Below are positions 1 through 8,238 of a stretch of DNA of 64,000 nucleotides, one piece after another. How positions within the stretch are numbered: position 1 is the stretch's first letter; each line of letters opens with the position of its first letter. The notes beneath the pieces were generated by a model. The model was not told where the DNA came from. It saw nothing but the letters and a program-made list of their open reading frames with translations, and ran no database searches. Origin of the DNA: Escherichia coli (GTDB taxonomy: Bacteria > Pseudomonadota > Gammaproteobacteria > Enterobacterales > Enterobacteriaceae); the NCBI RefSeq assembly GCF_030013595.1, contig NZ_CP122768.1, one strand, 5' to 3'. The translations under genes were made by a program, and so were the position numbers.

Positions 1-788
1 ACTTCGCCGAGCATGAACTGACTGCGCAATGCATAATGAAAGTAATATGGTCAATGGTTCTTTCCCATCTTAATGGAAAACGTCAATCACAAGAACGTAG
101 GGAACCGCTTGAGCTTTATAGAATTTACTTCTATGACTGTCCACCACTCGACATTCAAACACGCCTTCCACTTCCTGAGCCTGGCAATAAGACGCCTGGT
201 CGCAAGAATTTCAAACTCGAAAAATCATATATTCTGAGAACGGAGCTGCATGAAGAGTTAAGAAAAACTCGAAAAACAGCCTTAAGATTAGGGAATCTTG
301 TTGATAATAAGCGATGGCAACTAACTACATTCTCCCTTGATGCTCTGATGAAAGGAACGAAAAAATGGGATGAACTGACAAATGATGATTTTTACTATGA
401 CATCAAACAAAAACAAGTTGATATCAAGCTAGGGATGGATATCACGACTTTAGCTTATGAAAAACTTGTTGATGTAATTGTCCTTGTTGCTGGGGACTCA
501 GACTTTGTGCCTGCCGCCAAACACGCCAGAATTAAAGGTATTGATTTTATTCTTGATCCACTAAGACAGAATGTTACCCCATCACTGTCAGAGCACATTG
601 ATGGAGTTCAGTCATACAGCTTGATATCAGGACTTGCCGATGCTTTACATGTTGAGCCAGACCCGGCACCTGACTGGTGGGAAGATCGAAAAAAAGGCAA
701 GCCTAGAGGAAAAAACAATAGCGGTAAACGCAGGTATGGAAACACTCAAGCTGAGTCAGCAAAGAAACATCAAAGAAATAAACGATAA
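1..788 (+). CDS. NYN/LabA-like (PIN-type nuclease fold) domain protein with basic C-terminal tail; immunity-region accessory gene; possibly 5'-truncated by window edge (first ATG at 36, frame open to position 3)
   Basis: 250-aa ORF; motif VLVAGDSDFVPAAKHARIKGIDF typical of NYN/LabA domains; lies upstream of pL/nutL/N, same strand, followed by terminator. Confidence 0.55.
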   Translation, partial: FAEHELTAQCIMKVIWSMVLSHLNGKRQSQERREPLELYRIYFYDCPPLDIQTRLPLPEPGNKTPGRKNFKLEKSYILRTELHEELRKTRKTALRLGNLVDNKRWQLTTFSLDALMKGTKKWDELTNDDFYYDIKQKQVDIKLGMDITTLAYEKLVDVIVLVAGDSDFVPAAKHARIKGIDFILDPLRQNVTPSLSEHIDGVQSYSLISGLADALHVEPDPAPDWWEDRKKGKPRGKNNSGKRRYGNTQAESAKKHQRNKR

Positions 789-796
789 TCCCATCA

Positions 797-823
797 ACCC
801 GGCCACCGAGCCGGGTTTTCTTT
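797..823 (+). terminator. Rho-independent terminator after immunity-region ORF
   Basis: ACCCGG...CCGGGT 6-bp stem followed by TTTTCTTT. Confidence 0.5.
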
Positions 824-1008
824 GCCTCACGCCCCCACCTAAAGACACATAACCAAATGTATTTATTGAAAAATAAATAGATACAACTCACTAAACCACG
901 CAATTCTGATCTCTCCTTACATCGCCGAGGCGATACACCCACGCTAAAAAACAACACTATTAAATACAAAGCGTTATAAAAAATCACCCCATTTTAGAAC
1001 AAATTGTA

Positions 1009-1037
1009 TTGACCCAATAAAGTACATATCGTACTAT
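1009..1037 (+). promoter_or_regulatory. Candidate pL promoter (-35 TTGACC, 17-bp spacer, -10 TACTAT)
   Basis: Sigma70-like hexamers about 45 nt upstream of nutL boxA and about 190 nt upstream of N start. Confidence 0.35.
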
Positions 1038-1083
1038 TTAACCGTCAGCAGGACGCTGTAAGCCAAACGGAGCAGACTGGCAG

Positions 1084-1129
1084 GCTCTTTAAACAACGTC
1101 GAACACTCGACTACGTGGCTGAAAAGCCA
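1084..1129 (+). promoter_or_regulatory. nutL-like site: boxA (GCTCTTTAAACAA, 1084-1096) plus boxB-like hairpin (TGGCT-GAAA-AGCCA, 1116-1129)
   Basis: boxA nearly identical to the rrn/lambda boxA consensus; small GNRA-looped hairpin about 20 nt downstream, in the N leader. Confidence 0.45.
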
Positions 1130-1227
1130 GATCACCCAACCATATAAGCTGTGGGATGCAATGCCGAAGCAACCGTCTCAGGAGGAGCTTCGAGATTGCA
1201 TCGCCAAAGTTTATTCGGGAGGAATCT

Positions 1228-1500
1228 ATGTCCAGAAAAACAGAATTTAAAGGCACCGCAGCTTCTCGCCGTAGAGCTCGTCGTGCAAACCTGCAAAGTC
1301 AGGAGGCGATCAGCTCTGACAAGCTACACAGGCCAACCCCTTCACGAGTGGTCTTACAATGCAAACGCAAACCAGTAATGAGAGCAGAAGTAATAACACT
1401 GACAACGTTGACCAGAAAATATGAAGGCTCAACTTGTCTTCCAAATGTAGCCATTTACGCGGCAGGCTACAGGAAATCCAAACAGCTGACAGCAAGATGA
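1228..1500 (+). CDS. N: Antitermination protein N, non-lambda type (933W / P22 gp24-like)
   Basis: 90 aa; N-terminal arginine-rich motif (GTAASRRRARRANL); C-terminus ...CLPNVAIYAAGYRKSKQLTAR resembles recalled P22 gp24/933W N; GGAGG SD 5 nt upstream. Confidence 0.7.
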   Translation: MSRKTEFKGTAASRRRARRANLQSQEAISSDKLHRPTPSRVVLQCKRKPVMRAEVITLTTLTRKYEGSTCLPNVAIYAAGYRKSKQLTAR

Positions 1501-1558
1501 CTTGTGTTGGTCGCCAGAAAATGAAATTAGGCAGCAAACCACTTATTTGAGGTGAGAT

Positions 1559-1645
1559 ATGGAAGAAGAATTTGAAGAGTTCGAAGAGCATCCTCAGGAT
1601 GTGATGGAACAATACCAGGACTATCCGTATGACTACGACTATTGA
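1559..1645 (+). CDS. Small acidic ORF (28 aa, MEEEFEEFEEHPQDVMEQYQDYPYDYDY), lambda orf28-like
   Basis: ATG 1559 to TGA 1643-1645; position between N and ral. Confidence 0.35.
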   Translation: MEEEFEEFEEHPQDVMEQYQDYPYDYDY

Positions 1646-1829
1646 TACAAATCAATGGTGTGGACAATTCAAACGATGCAATGGATGCAAGCTGCAATCG
1701 GAATGCATGGTTAAGCCTGAAGAAATGTTTCCTGTAATGGAAGATGGGAAATATGTCGATAAATGGGCAATACGAACGACGGCAATGATTGCCAGAGAAC
1801 TTGGTAAACAGAACAACAAAGCTGCCTGA
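1629..1829 (+). CDS. ral: Ral (restriction alleviation)
   Basis: 66-aa ORF matching recalled lambda Ral length and position. Confidence 0.7.
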   Translation: MTTTIDTNQWCGQFKRCNGCKLQSECMVKPEEMFPVMEDGKYVDKWAIRTTAMIARELGKQNNKAA

Positions 1830-1965
1830 TAGTGGCCTTTATTTTTGGCATAAATAACAGAATAAACACTGCACTGTGTATTCATTCCAACGAGTGAATA
1901 CACGGAGCAATGTCGCTCGTAACTAAACAGGAGCCGACTTGTTCTGATTATTGGAAATCTTCTTT

Positions 1966-1992
1966 GCCCTCCAGTGTGAGGGCGATTTTTTA
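1966..1992 (+). terminator. Rho-independent terminator in pL operon
   Basis: GCCCTC-cagtgt-GAGGGC hairpin followed by T-run. Confidence 0.45.
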
Positions 1993-2011
1993 TCTATGAG
2001 GATATGAATAG

Positions 2012-2380
2012 ATGTCAAACATCAAAAAATACATCATTGATTACGACTGGAAAGCATCAATAGAAATTGAAATCGACCATGACTTAATGACAGAGGAAAA
2101 ACTTCACAAGATTAATAATTTCTGGTCAGACTCTGAATACCGACTCAATAAACACGGCTCTGTATTAAATGCTGTATTAATCATGCTGGCGCAACATGCT
2201 CTGCTTATAGCAATTTCAAGCGACTTAAATGCATATGGTGTTGTGTGTGAGTTCGACTGGAATGATGGAAATGGTCAGGAAGGATGGCCTACAATGGATG
2301 GTAGCGAAGGAATAAGAATTACCGATATCGATACATCAGGAATATTTGATTCAGATGATATGACTATCAAAGCCGCCTGA
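2012..2380 (+). CDS. ea10: Ea10-like early protein
   Basis: 122-aa ORF in lambda ea10 position and size. Confidence 0.65.
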   Translation: MSNIKKYIIDYDWKASIEIEIDHDLMTEEKLHKINNFWSDSEYRLNKHGSVLNAVLIMLAQHALLIAISSDLNAYGVVCEFDWNDGNGQEGWPTMDGSEGIRITDIDTSGIFDSDDMTIKAA

Positions 2381-2452
2381 GCGCGGCGTTACCGCATACC
2401 AATAACGCTTCACTCGAGGCGTTTTTCGTTATGTATAAATAAGGAGCACACC

Positions 2453-2617
2453 ATGCAATATGCCATTGCAGGGTGGCCTGTTGCTGGCTGCCCTTCCGAA
2501 TCTTTACTTGAACGAATCACCCGTAAATTACGTGACGGATGGAAACGCCTTATCGACATACTTAATCAGCCAGGAGTCCCAAAAAATGGATCAAACACTT
2601 ATGGCTATCCAGACTAA
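2453..2617 (+). CDS. cIII: CIII (FtsH/HflB inhibitor)
   Basis: 54 aa [54 protein letters not shown]; matches recalled lambda CIII. Confidence 0.85.
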   Translation: MQYAIAGWPVAGCPSESLLERITRKLRDGWKRLIDILNQPGVPKNGSNTYGYPD

Positions 2618-2729
2618 ATTCACTATCGCCACTTTTATTGGCGATGAAAAGATGTTTCGTGAAGCCGTCGACGCTTATAAAAAATGGATATTAATGCTGA
2701 AACTGAGATCAAGCAAAAGCATTCACTAA
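2586..2729 (+). CDS. kil: Kil (host-killing, FtsZ inhibitor)
   Basis: 47 aa, overlaps cIII 3' end as in lambda. Confidence 0.75.
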   Translation: MDQTLMAIQTKFTIATFIGDEKMFREAVDAYKKWILMLKLRSSKSIH

Positions 2730-2804
2730 CCCCCTTTCCTGTTTTCCTAATCAGCCTGGCATTTCGCGGGCGCTATTTTCACAGCCATTTTCAGGAGTTC
2801 AGCC

Positions 2805-3101
2805 ATGAACGCTTATTACATTCAGGATCGTCTTGAGGCTCAGAGCTGGGCGCGTCACTACCAGCAGATCGCCCGTGAAGAGAAAGAGGCAGAACTGGCA
2901 GACGACATGGAAAAAGGCCTGCCCCAGCACCTGTTTGAATCGCTATGCATCGATCATTTGCAACGCCACGGGGCCAGCAAAAAAGCCATTACCCGTGCGT
3001 TTGATGACGATGTTGAGTTTCAGGAGCGCATGGCAGAACACATCCGGTACATGGTTGAAACCATTGCTCACCACCAAGTTGATATTGATTCAGAGGTATA
3101 A
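2805..3101 (+). CDS. gam: Gam (RecBCD inhibitor), short form
   Basis: 98 aa [21 protein letters not shown]...; AGGAG SD 7 nt upstream. Confidence 0.9.
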   Translation: MNAYYIQDRLEAQSWARHYQQIAREEKEAELADDMEKGLPQHLFESLCIDHLQRHGASKKAITRAFDDDVEFQERMAEHIRYMVETIAHHQVDIDSEV

Positions 3102-3106
3102 AACGG

Positions 3107-3892
3107 ATGAGTACAGCACTCGCAACGCTGGCAGGGAAGCTGGCTGAACGTGTCGGCATGGATTCTGTCGACCCACAGGAACTGATCACCACTCTTCGCC
3201 AGACGGCATTTAAAGGTGATGCCAGCGATGCGCAGTTCATCGCATTGTTGATCGTCGCCAACCAGTACGGCCTTAATCCGTGGACGAAAGAAATTTACGC
3301 CTTCCCTGATAAGCAGAACGGCATCGTTCCGGTGGTGGGCGTTGATGGCTGGTCCCGCATCATCAATGAAAACCAGCAGTTTGATGGCATGGACTTTGAG
3401 CAGGACAATGAATCCTGTACATGCCGGATTTACCGCAAGGACCGTAATCATCCGATCTGCGTTACCGAATGGATGGATGAATGCCGCCGCGAACCATTCA
3501 AAACTCGCGAAGGCAGAGAAATCACGGGGCCGTGGCAGTCGCATCCCAAACGGATGTTACGGCATAAAGCCATGATTCAGTGTGCCCGTCTGGCCTTCGG
3601 ATTTGCTGGTATCTATGACAAGGATGAAGCCGAGCGCATTGTCGAAAATACTGCATACACTGCAGAACGCCAGCCGGAACGCGACATCACTCCGGTTAAC
3701 GATGAAACCATGCAGGAGATTAACACTCTGCTGATCGCCCTGGATAAAACATGGGATGACGACTTATTGCCGCTCTGTTCCCAGATATTTCGCCGCGACA
3801 TTCGCGCATCGTCAGAACTGACACAGGCCGAAGCAGTGAAAGCTCTTGGATTCCTGAAACAGAAAGCCTCTGAACAGAAGGTGGCTGCATGA
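3107..3892 (+). CDS. bet: Bet (Red-beta single-strand annealing protein)
   Basis: 261 aa, matches recalled lambda Bet. Confidence 0.95.
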   Translation: MSTALATLAGKLAERVGMDSVDPQELITTLRQTAFKGDASDAQFIALLIVANQYGLNPWTKEIYAFPDKQNGIVPVVGVDGWSRIINENQQFDGMDFEQDNESCTCRIYRKDRNHPICVTEWMDECRREPFKTREGREITGPWQSHPKRMLRHKAMIQCARLAFGFAGIYDKDEAERIVENTAYTAERQPERDITPVNDETMQEINTLLIALDKTWDDDLLPLCSQIFRRDIRASSELTQAEAVKALGFLKQKASEQKVAA

Positions 3893-4569
3893 CACCGGAC
3901 ATTATCCTGCAGCGTACCGGGATCGACGTGAGAGCTGTCGAACAGGGGGATGATGCGTGGCACAAATTACGGCTCGGCGTCATCACCGCTTCAGAAGTTC
4001 ACAATGTGATAGCAAAACCCCGCTCCGGAAAGAAATGGCCTGACATGAAAATGTCCTACTTCCACACCCTGCTTGCCGAGGTTTGCACCGGTGTGGCTCC
4101 GGAAGTTAACGCTAAGGCGCTGGCCTGGGGAAAACAGTACGAGAACGACGCCAGAGCCCTCTTTGAGTTCACTTCCGGCGTGAATGTTACTGAATCCCCG
4201 ATCATCTATCGCGACGAAAGTATGCGCACCGCCTGCTCTCCCGATGGTTTATGCAGTGACGGCAACGGCCTTGAACTGAAATGCCCGTTTACCTCCCGGG
4301 ATTTCATGAAATTCCGGCTCGGTGGTTTCGAGGCCATAAAGTCGGCTTACATGGCCCAGGTGCAGTACAGCATGTGGGTGACGCGAAAAGATGCCTGGTA
4401 CTTTGCCAACTATGACCCACGAATGAAGCGTGAAGGCCTGCATTATGTCGTGGTTGAGCGGGATGAAAATTACATGGCGAGTTTTGACGAGATGGTGCCG
4501 GAGTTCATCGAAAAAATGGACGAGGCACTGGCTGAAATTGGTTTTGTATTTGGGGAGCAATGGCGATGA
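3889..4569 (+). CDS. exo: Exo (lambda exonuclease, Red-alpha)
   Basis: 226 aa, matches recalled lambda Exo; overlaps bet stop. Confidence 0.95.
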   Translation: MTPDIILQRTGIDVRAVEQGDDAWHKLRLGVITASEVHNVIAKPRSGKKWPDMKMSYFHTLLAEVCTGVAPEVNAKALAWGKQYENDARALFEFTSGVNVTESPIIYRDESMRTACSPDGLCSDGNGLELKCPFTSRDFMKFRLGGFEAIKSAYMAQVQYSMWVTRKDAWYFANYDPRMKREGLHYVVVERDENYMASFDEMVPEFIEKMDEALAEIGFVFGEQWR

Positions 4570-4748
4570 AGCATCCTCACGATAATATCCGGGTAGGTGC
4601 GATCACTTTCGTCTACTCCGTTACAAAGCGAGGCTGGGTATTTCCCGGCCTTTCTGTTACCCGAAATCCCCTGAAAGCACAGCGGCTGGCTGAGGAGATA
4701 AATAATAAACGGGGAGCTGTATGCACAAAGCATCTCCTGTTGAGTTAA
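4566..4748 (+). CDS. exo-xis region small protein, orf60a-like
   Basis: 60 aa from second in-frame Met; position immediately after exo. Confidence 0.45.
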   Translation: MKHPHDNIRVGAITFVYSVTKRGWVFPGLSVTRNPLKAQRLAEEINNKRGAVCTKHLLLS

Positions 4749-4912
4749 GAACGAGCATTGAGATGGCACATAGCCTCGCTCAAATTGGAGTCAGGTTTGT
4801 GCCAATACCAGTAGAAACAGACGAAGAATTTCATACGTTAGCCGCATCCCTTTCACAAAAGCTGGAAATGATGGTGGCGAAAGCAGAAGCAGATGAGAGA
4901 GACCAGGTATGA
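4721..4912 (+). CDS. exo-xis region small protein, orf63-like
   Basis: 63-aa ORF. Confidence 0.5.
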   Translation: MHKASPVELRTSIEMAHSLAQIGVRFVPIPVETDEEFHTLAASLSQKLEMMVAKAEADERDQV

Positions 4913-4988
4913 CAACCACTGAATGCATTTTTCTGGCAGCGGGCTTCATATTCTGTGTGCTTATGCTTGCCGACATGGGACTTGTTCA

Positions 4989-5204
4989 ATGACACATCAG
5001 CAAGAAAACGCCCTTCGCAGTATTGCCCGTCAGGCTAATTCTGAAATCAAAAAAGCCAGACAGCAGTTTCCGGATAAAAACGTCGATGACATTTGCCGTA
5101 GCGTACTGAAGAAGCACCGCGAAACGGTAACGCTGATGGGATTCACACCGACTCATTTAAGCCTGGCGATCGGCATGTTAAACGGCGTCTTTAAGGAACG
5201 GTGA
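4989..5204 (+). CDS. exo-xis region small protein, orf61-like (start uncertain; frame open from 4923)
   Basis: ORF in expected position; start codon choice unresolved. Confidence 0.35.
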   Translation: MTHQQENALRSIARQANSEIKKARQQFPDKNVDDICRSVLKKHRETVTLMGFTPTHLSLAIGMLNGVFKER

Positions 5205-5302
5205 GCATGAAAAACAAAATCATCATGGAGCTACAGGCTCCTTTTTTATTATTCGCATTCACCCTCAAGCGTATTAACCAACAATTCAGGGATTAATGAA
5301 AG

Positions 5303-5524
5303 ATGGCAGACATCATTGATTCAGCATCAGAAATTGAAGAATTACAGCGCAACACAGCAATAAAAATGCGCCGCCTGAACCACCAGGCTATATCTGCCAC
5401 TCATTGTTGTGAGTGTGGCGATCCGATAGATGAACGAAGACGCTTGGCCGTTCAGGGTTGTCGGACTTGTGCAAGTTGCCAGGAGGATCTGGAACTTATC
5501 AGTAAACAGAGAGGTTCGAAGTGA
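5303..5524 (+). CDS. exo-xis region C4 zinc-finger protein (DksA/TraR-like), orf73-like
   Basis: 73 aa with CxxC...CxxC (CCECGDPIDERRRLAVQGCRTCASC). Confidence 0.6.
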   Translation: MADIIDSASEIEELQRNTAIKMRRLNHQAISATHCCECGDPIDERRRLAVQGCRTCASCQEDLELISKQRGSK

Positions 5525-6069
5525 GCGAAATTAACTCTCAGGCACTGCGTGAAGCGGCAGAGCAGGCAATGCATGACGACTGGGGATTTGACGCAGACCT
5601 TTTCCATGAATTGGTAACACCATCGATTGTGCTGGAACTGCTGGATGAACGGGAAAGAAACCAGCAATACATCAAACGCCGCGACCAGGAGAACGAGGAT
5701 ATTGCGCTAACAGTAGGGAAACTGCGTGTTGAGCTTGAAACAGCAAAATCAAAACTCAACGAGCAGCGTGAGTATTACGAAGGTGTTATCTCGGATGGGA
5801 GTAAGCGTATTGCTAAACTGGAAAGCAACGAAGTCCGTGAAGACGGAAACCAGTTTCTTGTTGTTCGCCATCCTGGGAAGACTCCTGTTATCAAGCACTG
5901 CACTGGTGACCTGGAAGAGTTTCTGCGGCAGTTAATCGAACAAGACCCGTTAGTAACTATCGACATCATTACGCATCGCTATTACGGGGTTGGAGGTCAA
6001 TGGGTTCAGGATGCAGGTGAGTATCTGCATATGATGTCTGACGCTGGCATTCGCATCAAAGGAGAGTGA
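5521..6069 (+). CDS. ea22: Ea22
   Basis: 182-aa ORF in lambda ea22 position and size. Confidence 0.75.
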   Translation: MSEINSQALREAAEQAMHDDWGFDADLFHELVTPSIVLELLDERERNQQYIKRRDQENEDIALTVGKLRVELETAKSKLNEQREYYEGVISDGSKRIAKLESNEVREDGNQFLVVRHPGKTPVIKHCTGDLEEFLRQLIEQDPLVTIDIITHRYYGVGGQWVQDAGEYLHMMSDAGIRIKGE

Positions 6070-6260
6070 GATCGGTTTTGTAAAAGATAACGCTTGTGAA
6101 AATGCTGAATTTCGCGTCGTCTTCACAGCGATGCCAGAGTCTGTAGTGTCAGATGATGACCGTACTCAAACATCGGGTTGAGTATTATCTTACTGTTTCT
6201 TTACATAAACATTGCTGATACCGTTTAGCTGAAACGACATACATTGCAAGGAGTTTATAA

Positions 6261-6542
6261 ATGAGTATCAATGAGTTAGAGTCTGAGCAAAAAGATTGGG
6301 CGTTATCAATGTTGTGCAGATCCGGTGTCTTGTCTCCATGCAGACATCACGAAGGTGTTTATGTAGATGAAGGTATAGATATAGAGTCGGCATACAAATA
6401 TTCCATGAAGGTTTATAAGTCTAATGAAGACAAATCCCCATTCTGCAATGTGCGAGAAATGACTGATACCGTGCAAAATTATTATCACGAGTACGGTGGA
6501 AACGATACTTGCCCTCTCTGTACAAAACATATAGATGATTAA
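6261..6542 (+). CDS. ea8.5: Ea8.5
   Basis: 93-aa Cys/His-rich ORF in lambda ea8.5 position and size. Confidence 0.75.
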   Translation: MSINELESEQKDWALSMLCRSGVLSPCRHHEGVYVDEGIDIESAYKYSMKVYKSNEDKSPFCNVREMTDTVQNYYHEYGGNDTCPLCTKHIDD

Positions 6543-6630
6543 ACCCAATATTACATAACAATCCTCGCACTCGCGGGGATTTATTTTATCTGAACTCGCT
6601 ACGGCGGGTTTTGTTTTATGGAGATGATAA

Positions 6631-6798
6631 ATGCACTTCCGAGTCACAGGAGAATGGAATGGAGAGCCATTCAACAGAGTTATCGAAGCGGAGAACATCA
6701 ACGACTGCTACGACCACTGGATGATATGGGCGCAGATAGCACATGCAGACATAACCAATATTCGAATTGAAGAACTGAAAGAACACCAAGCCGCCTGA
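6631..6798 (+). CDS. Small ORF (55 aa) between ea8.5 and xis
   Basis: ATG 6631 to TGA 6796-6798, followed by hairpin plus T-run; below the 60-aa cutoff of the ORF track. Confidence 0.4.
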   Translation: MHFRVTGEWNGEPFNRVIEAENINDCYDHWMIWAQIAHADITNIRIEELKEHQAA

Positions 6799-6813
6799 TG
6801 GCGGTTTTTTCTT
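6789..6813 (+). terminator. Rho-independent terminator upstream of xis
   Basis: CCGCC-tgat-GGCGG hairpin followed by TTTTTTCTT. Confidence 0.4.
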
Positions 6814-6837
6814 GCGTGTAATTGCGGAGACTTTGCG

Positions 6838-7056
6838 ATGTACTTGACACTTCAGGAGTGGAACGCTCGCCAGCGACGCCCAAGAAGCCTTGAAACAGTT
6901 CGTCGATGGGTGCGCGAATGCAGGATATTCCCTCCTCCGGTTAAGGATGGAAGAGAATATCTGTTCCACGAATCAGCGGTAAAGGTTGACTTAAATCGAC
7001 CAGTAACAGGTAGCCTTTTGAAGAGGATCAGAAATGGGAAGAAGGCGAAGTCATGA
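6838..7056 (+). CDS. xis: Excisionase Xis
   Basis: 72 aa MYLTLQEWNARQRRPRSLETVRRWVRECRIF...; matches recalled lambda Xis. Confidence 0.95.
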   Translation: MYLTLQEWNARQRRPRSLETVRRWVRECRIFPPPVKDGREYLFHESAVKVDLNRPVTGSLLKRIRNGKKAKS

Positions 7057-8104
7057 GCGCCGGGATTTACCCCCTAACCTTTATATAAGAAACAATGGAT
7101 ATTACTGCTACAGGGACCCAAGGACGGGTAAAGAGTTTGGATTAGGCAGAGACAGGCGAATCGCAATCACTGAAGCCATACAGGCCAACATTGAGTTATT
7201 TTCAGGACACAAACACAAGCCTCTGACAGCGAGAATCAACAGTGATAATTCCGTTACGTTACATTCATGGCTTGATCGCTACGAAAAAATCCTGGCCAGC
7301 AGAGGAATCAAGCAGAAGACACTCATAAATTACATGAGCAAAATTAAAGCAATAAGGAGGGGTCTGCCTGATGCTCCACTTGAAGACATCACCACAAAAG
7401 AAATTGCGGCAATGCTCAATGGATACATAGACGAGGGCAAGGCGGCGTCAGCCAAGTTAATCAGATCAACACTGAGCGATGCATTCCGAGAGGCAATAGC
7501 TGAAGGCCATATAACAACAAACCCTGTCGCTGCCACTCGCGCAGCAAAATCAGAGGTAAGGAGATCAAGACTTACGGCTGACGAATACCTGAAAATTTAT
7601 CAAGCAGCAGAATCATCACCATGTTGGCTCAGACTTGCAATGGAACTGGCTGTTGTTACCGGGCAACGAGTTGGTGATTTATGCGAAATGAAGTGGTCTG
7701 ATATCGTAGATGGATATCTTTATGTCGAGCAAAGCAAAACAGGCGTAAAAATTGCCATCCCAACAACATTGCATGTTGATGCTCTCGGGATATCAATGAA
7801 GGAAACACTTGATAAATGCAAAGAGATTCTTGGCGGAGAAACCATAATTGCATCTACTCGTCGTGAACCGCTTTCATCCGGCACAGTATCAAGGTATTTT
7901 ATGCGCGCACGAAAAGCATCAGGTCTTTCCTTCGAAGGGGATCCGCCTACCTTTCACGAGTTGCGCAGTTTGTCTGCAAGACTCTATGAGAAGCAGATAA
8001 GCGATAAGTTTGCTCAACATCTTCTCGGGCATAAGTCGGACACCATGGCATCACAGTATCGTGATGACAGAGGCAGGGAGTGGGACAAAATTGAAATCAA
8101 ATAA
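7034..8104 (+). CDS. int: Integrase Int (tyrosine recombinase)
   Basis: 356 aa MGRRRSHERRDLPPNLYIRNNGYYCYRDPRTGKEF...; matches recalled lambda Int; overlaps xis. Confidence 0.97.
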   Translation: MGRRRSHERRDLPPNLYIRNNGYYCYRDPRTGKEFGLGRDRRIAITEAIQANIELFSGHKHKPLTARINSDNSVTLHSWLDRYEKILASRGIKQKTLINYMSKIKAIRRGLPDAPLEDITTKEIAAMLNGYIDEGKAASAKLIRSTLSDAFREAIAEGHITTNPVAATRAAKSEVRRSRLTADEYLKIYQAAESSPCWLRLAMELAVVTGQRVGDLCEMKWSDIVDGYLYVEQSKTGVKIAIPTTLHVDALGISMKETLDKCKEILGGETIIASTRREPLSSGTVSRYFMRARKASGLSFEGDPPTFHELRSLSARLYEKQISDKFAQHLLGHKSDTMASQYRDDRGREWDKIEIK

Positions 8105-8200
8105 TGATTTTATTTTGACTGATAGTGACCTGTTCGTTGCAACAAATTGATAAGCAATGCTTTTTTATAATGCCAACTTAGTATAAAAAAGCAGGCTTCA
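8105..8200 (-). other. attL: attL (P' arm plus 15-bp core GCTTTTTTATACTAA at 8178-8192, read on minus strand, plus B arm)
   Basis: Core TTAGTATAAAAAAGC on + strand; lambda P' arm sequence immediately 3' of int; bacterial B-arm bases continue into ybhC leader. Confidence 0.9.
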
Positions 8201-8238
8201 ACGGATTCATTTTTCTATTTCATAGCCCGGAGCAACCT

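Larger units (their letters stand above)
1..8192. mobile_element. Lambdoid prophage, left (int-proximal) end; continues beyond window start
   Basis: Contiguous lambda-type early-left operon ending in int and attL core; all genes on + strand reading toward attL. Confidence 0.9.

Noticed and set aside
703-987. 94-aa minus-strand ORF and 72-aa + ORF (634-852) around the immunity-region terminator
   Set aside because: They overlap the NYN ORF 3' end and the terminator/promoter region; no RBS or recognisable features.
1156-1500. Longer 114-aa version of N starting at ATG 1156
   Set aside because: The upstream start lacks an SD and would place nutL-proximal leader inside the CDS; ATG 1228 has a GGAGG SD.
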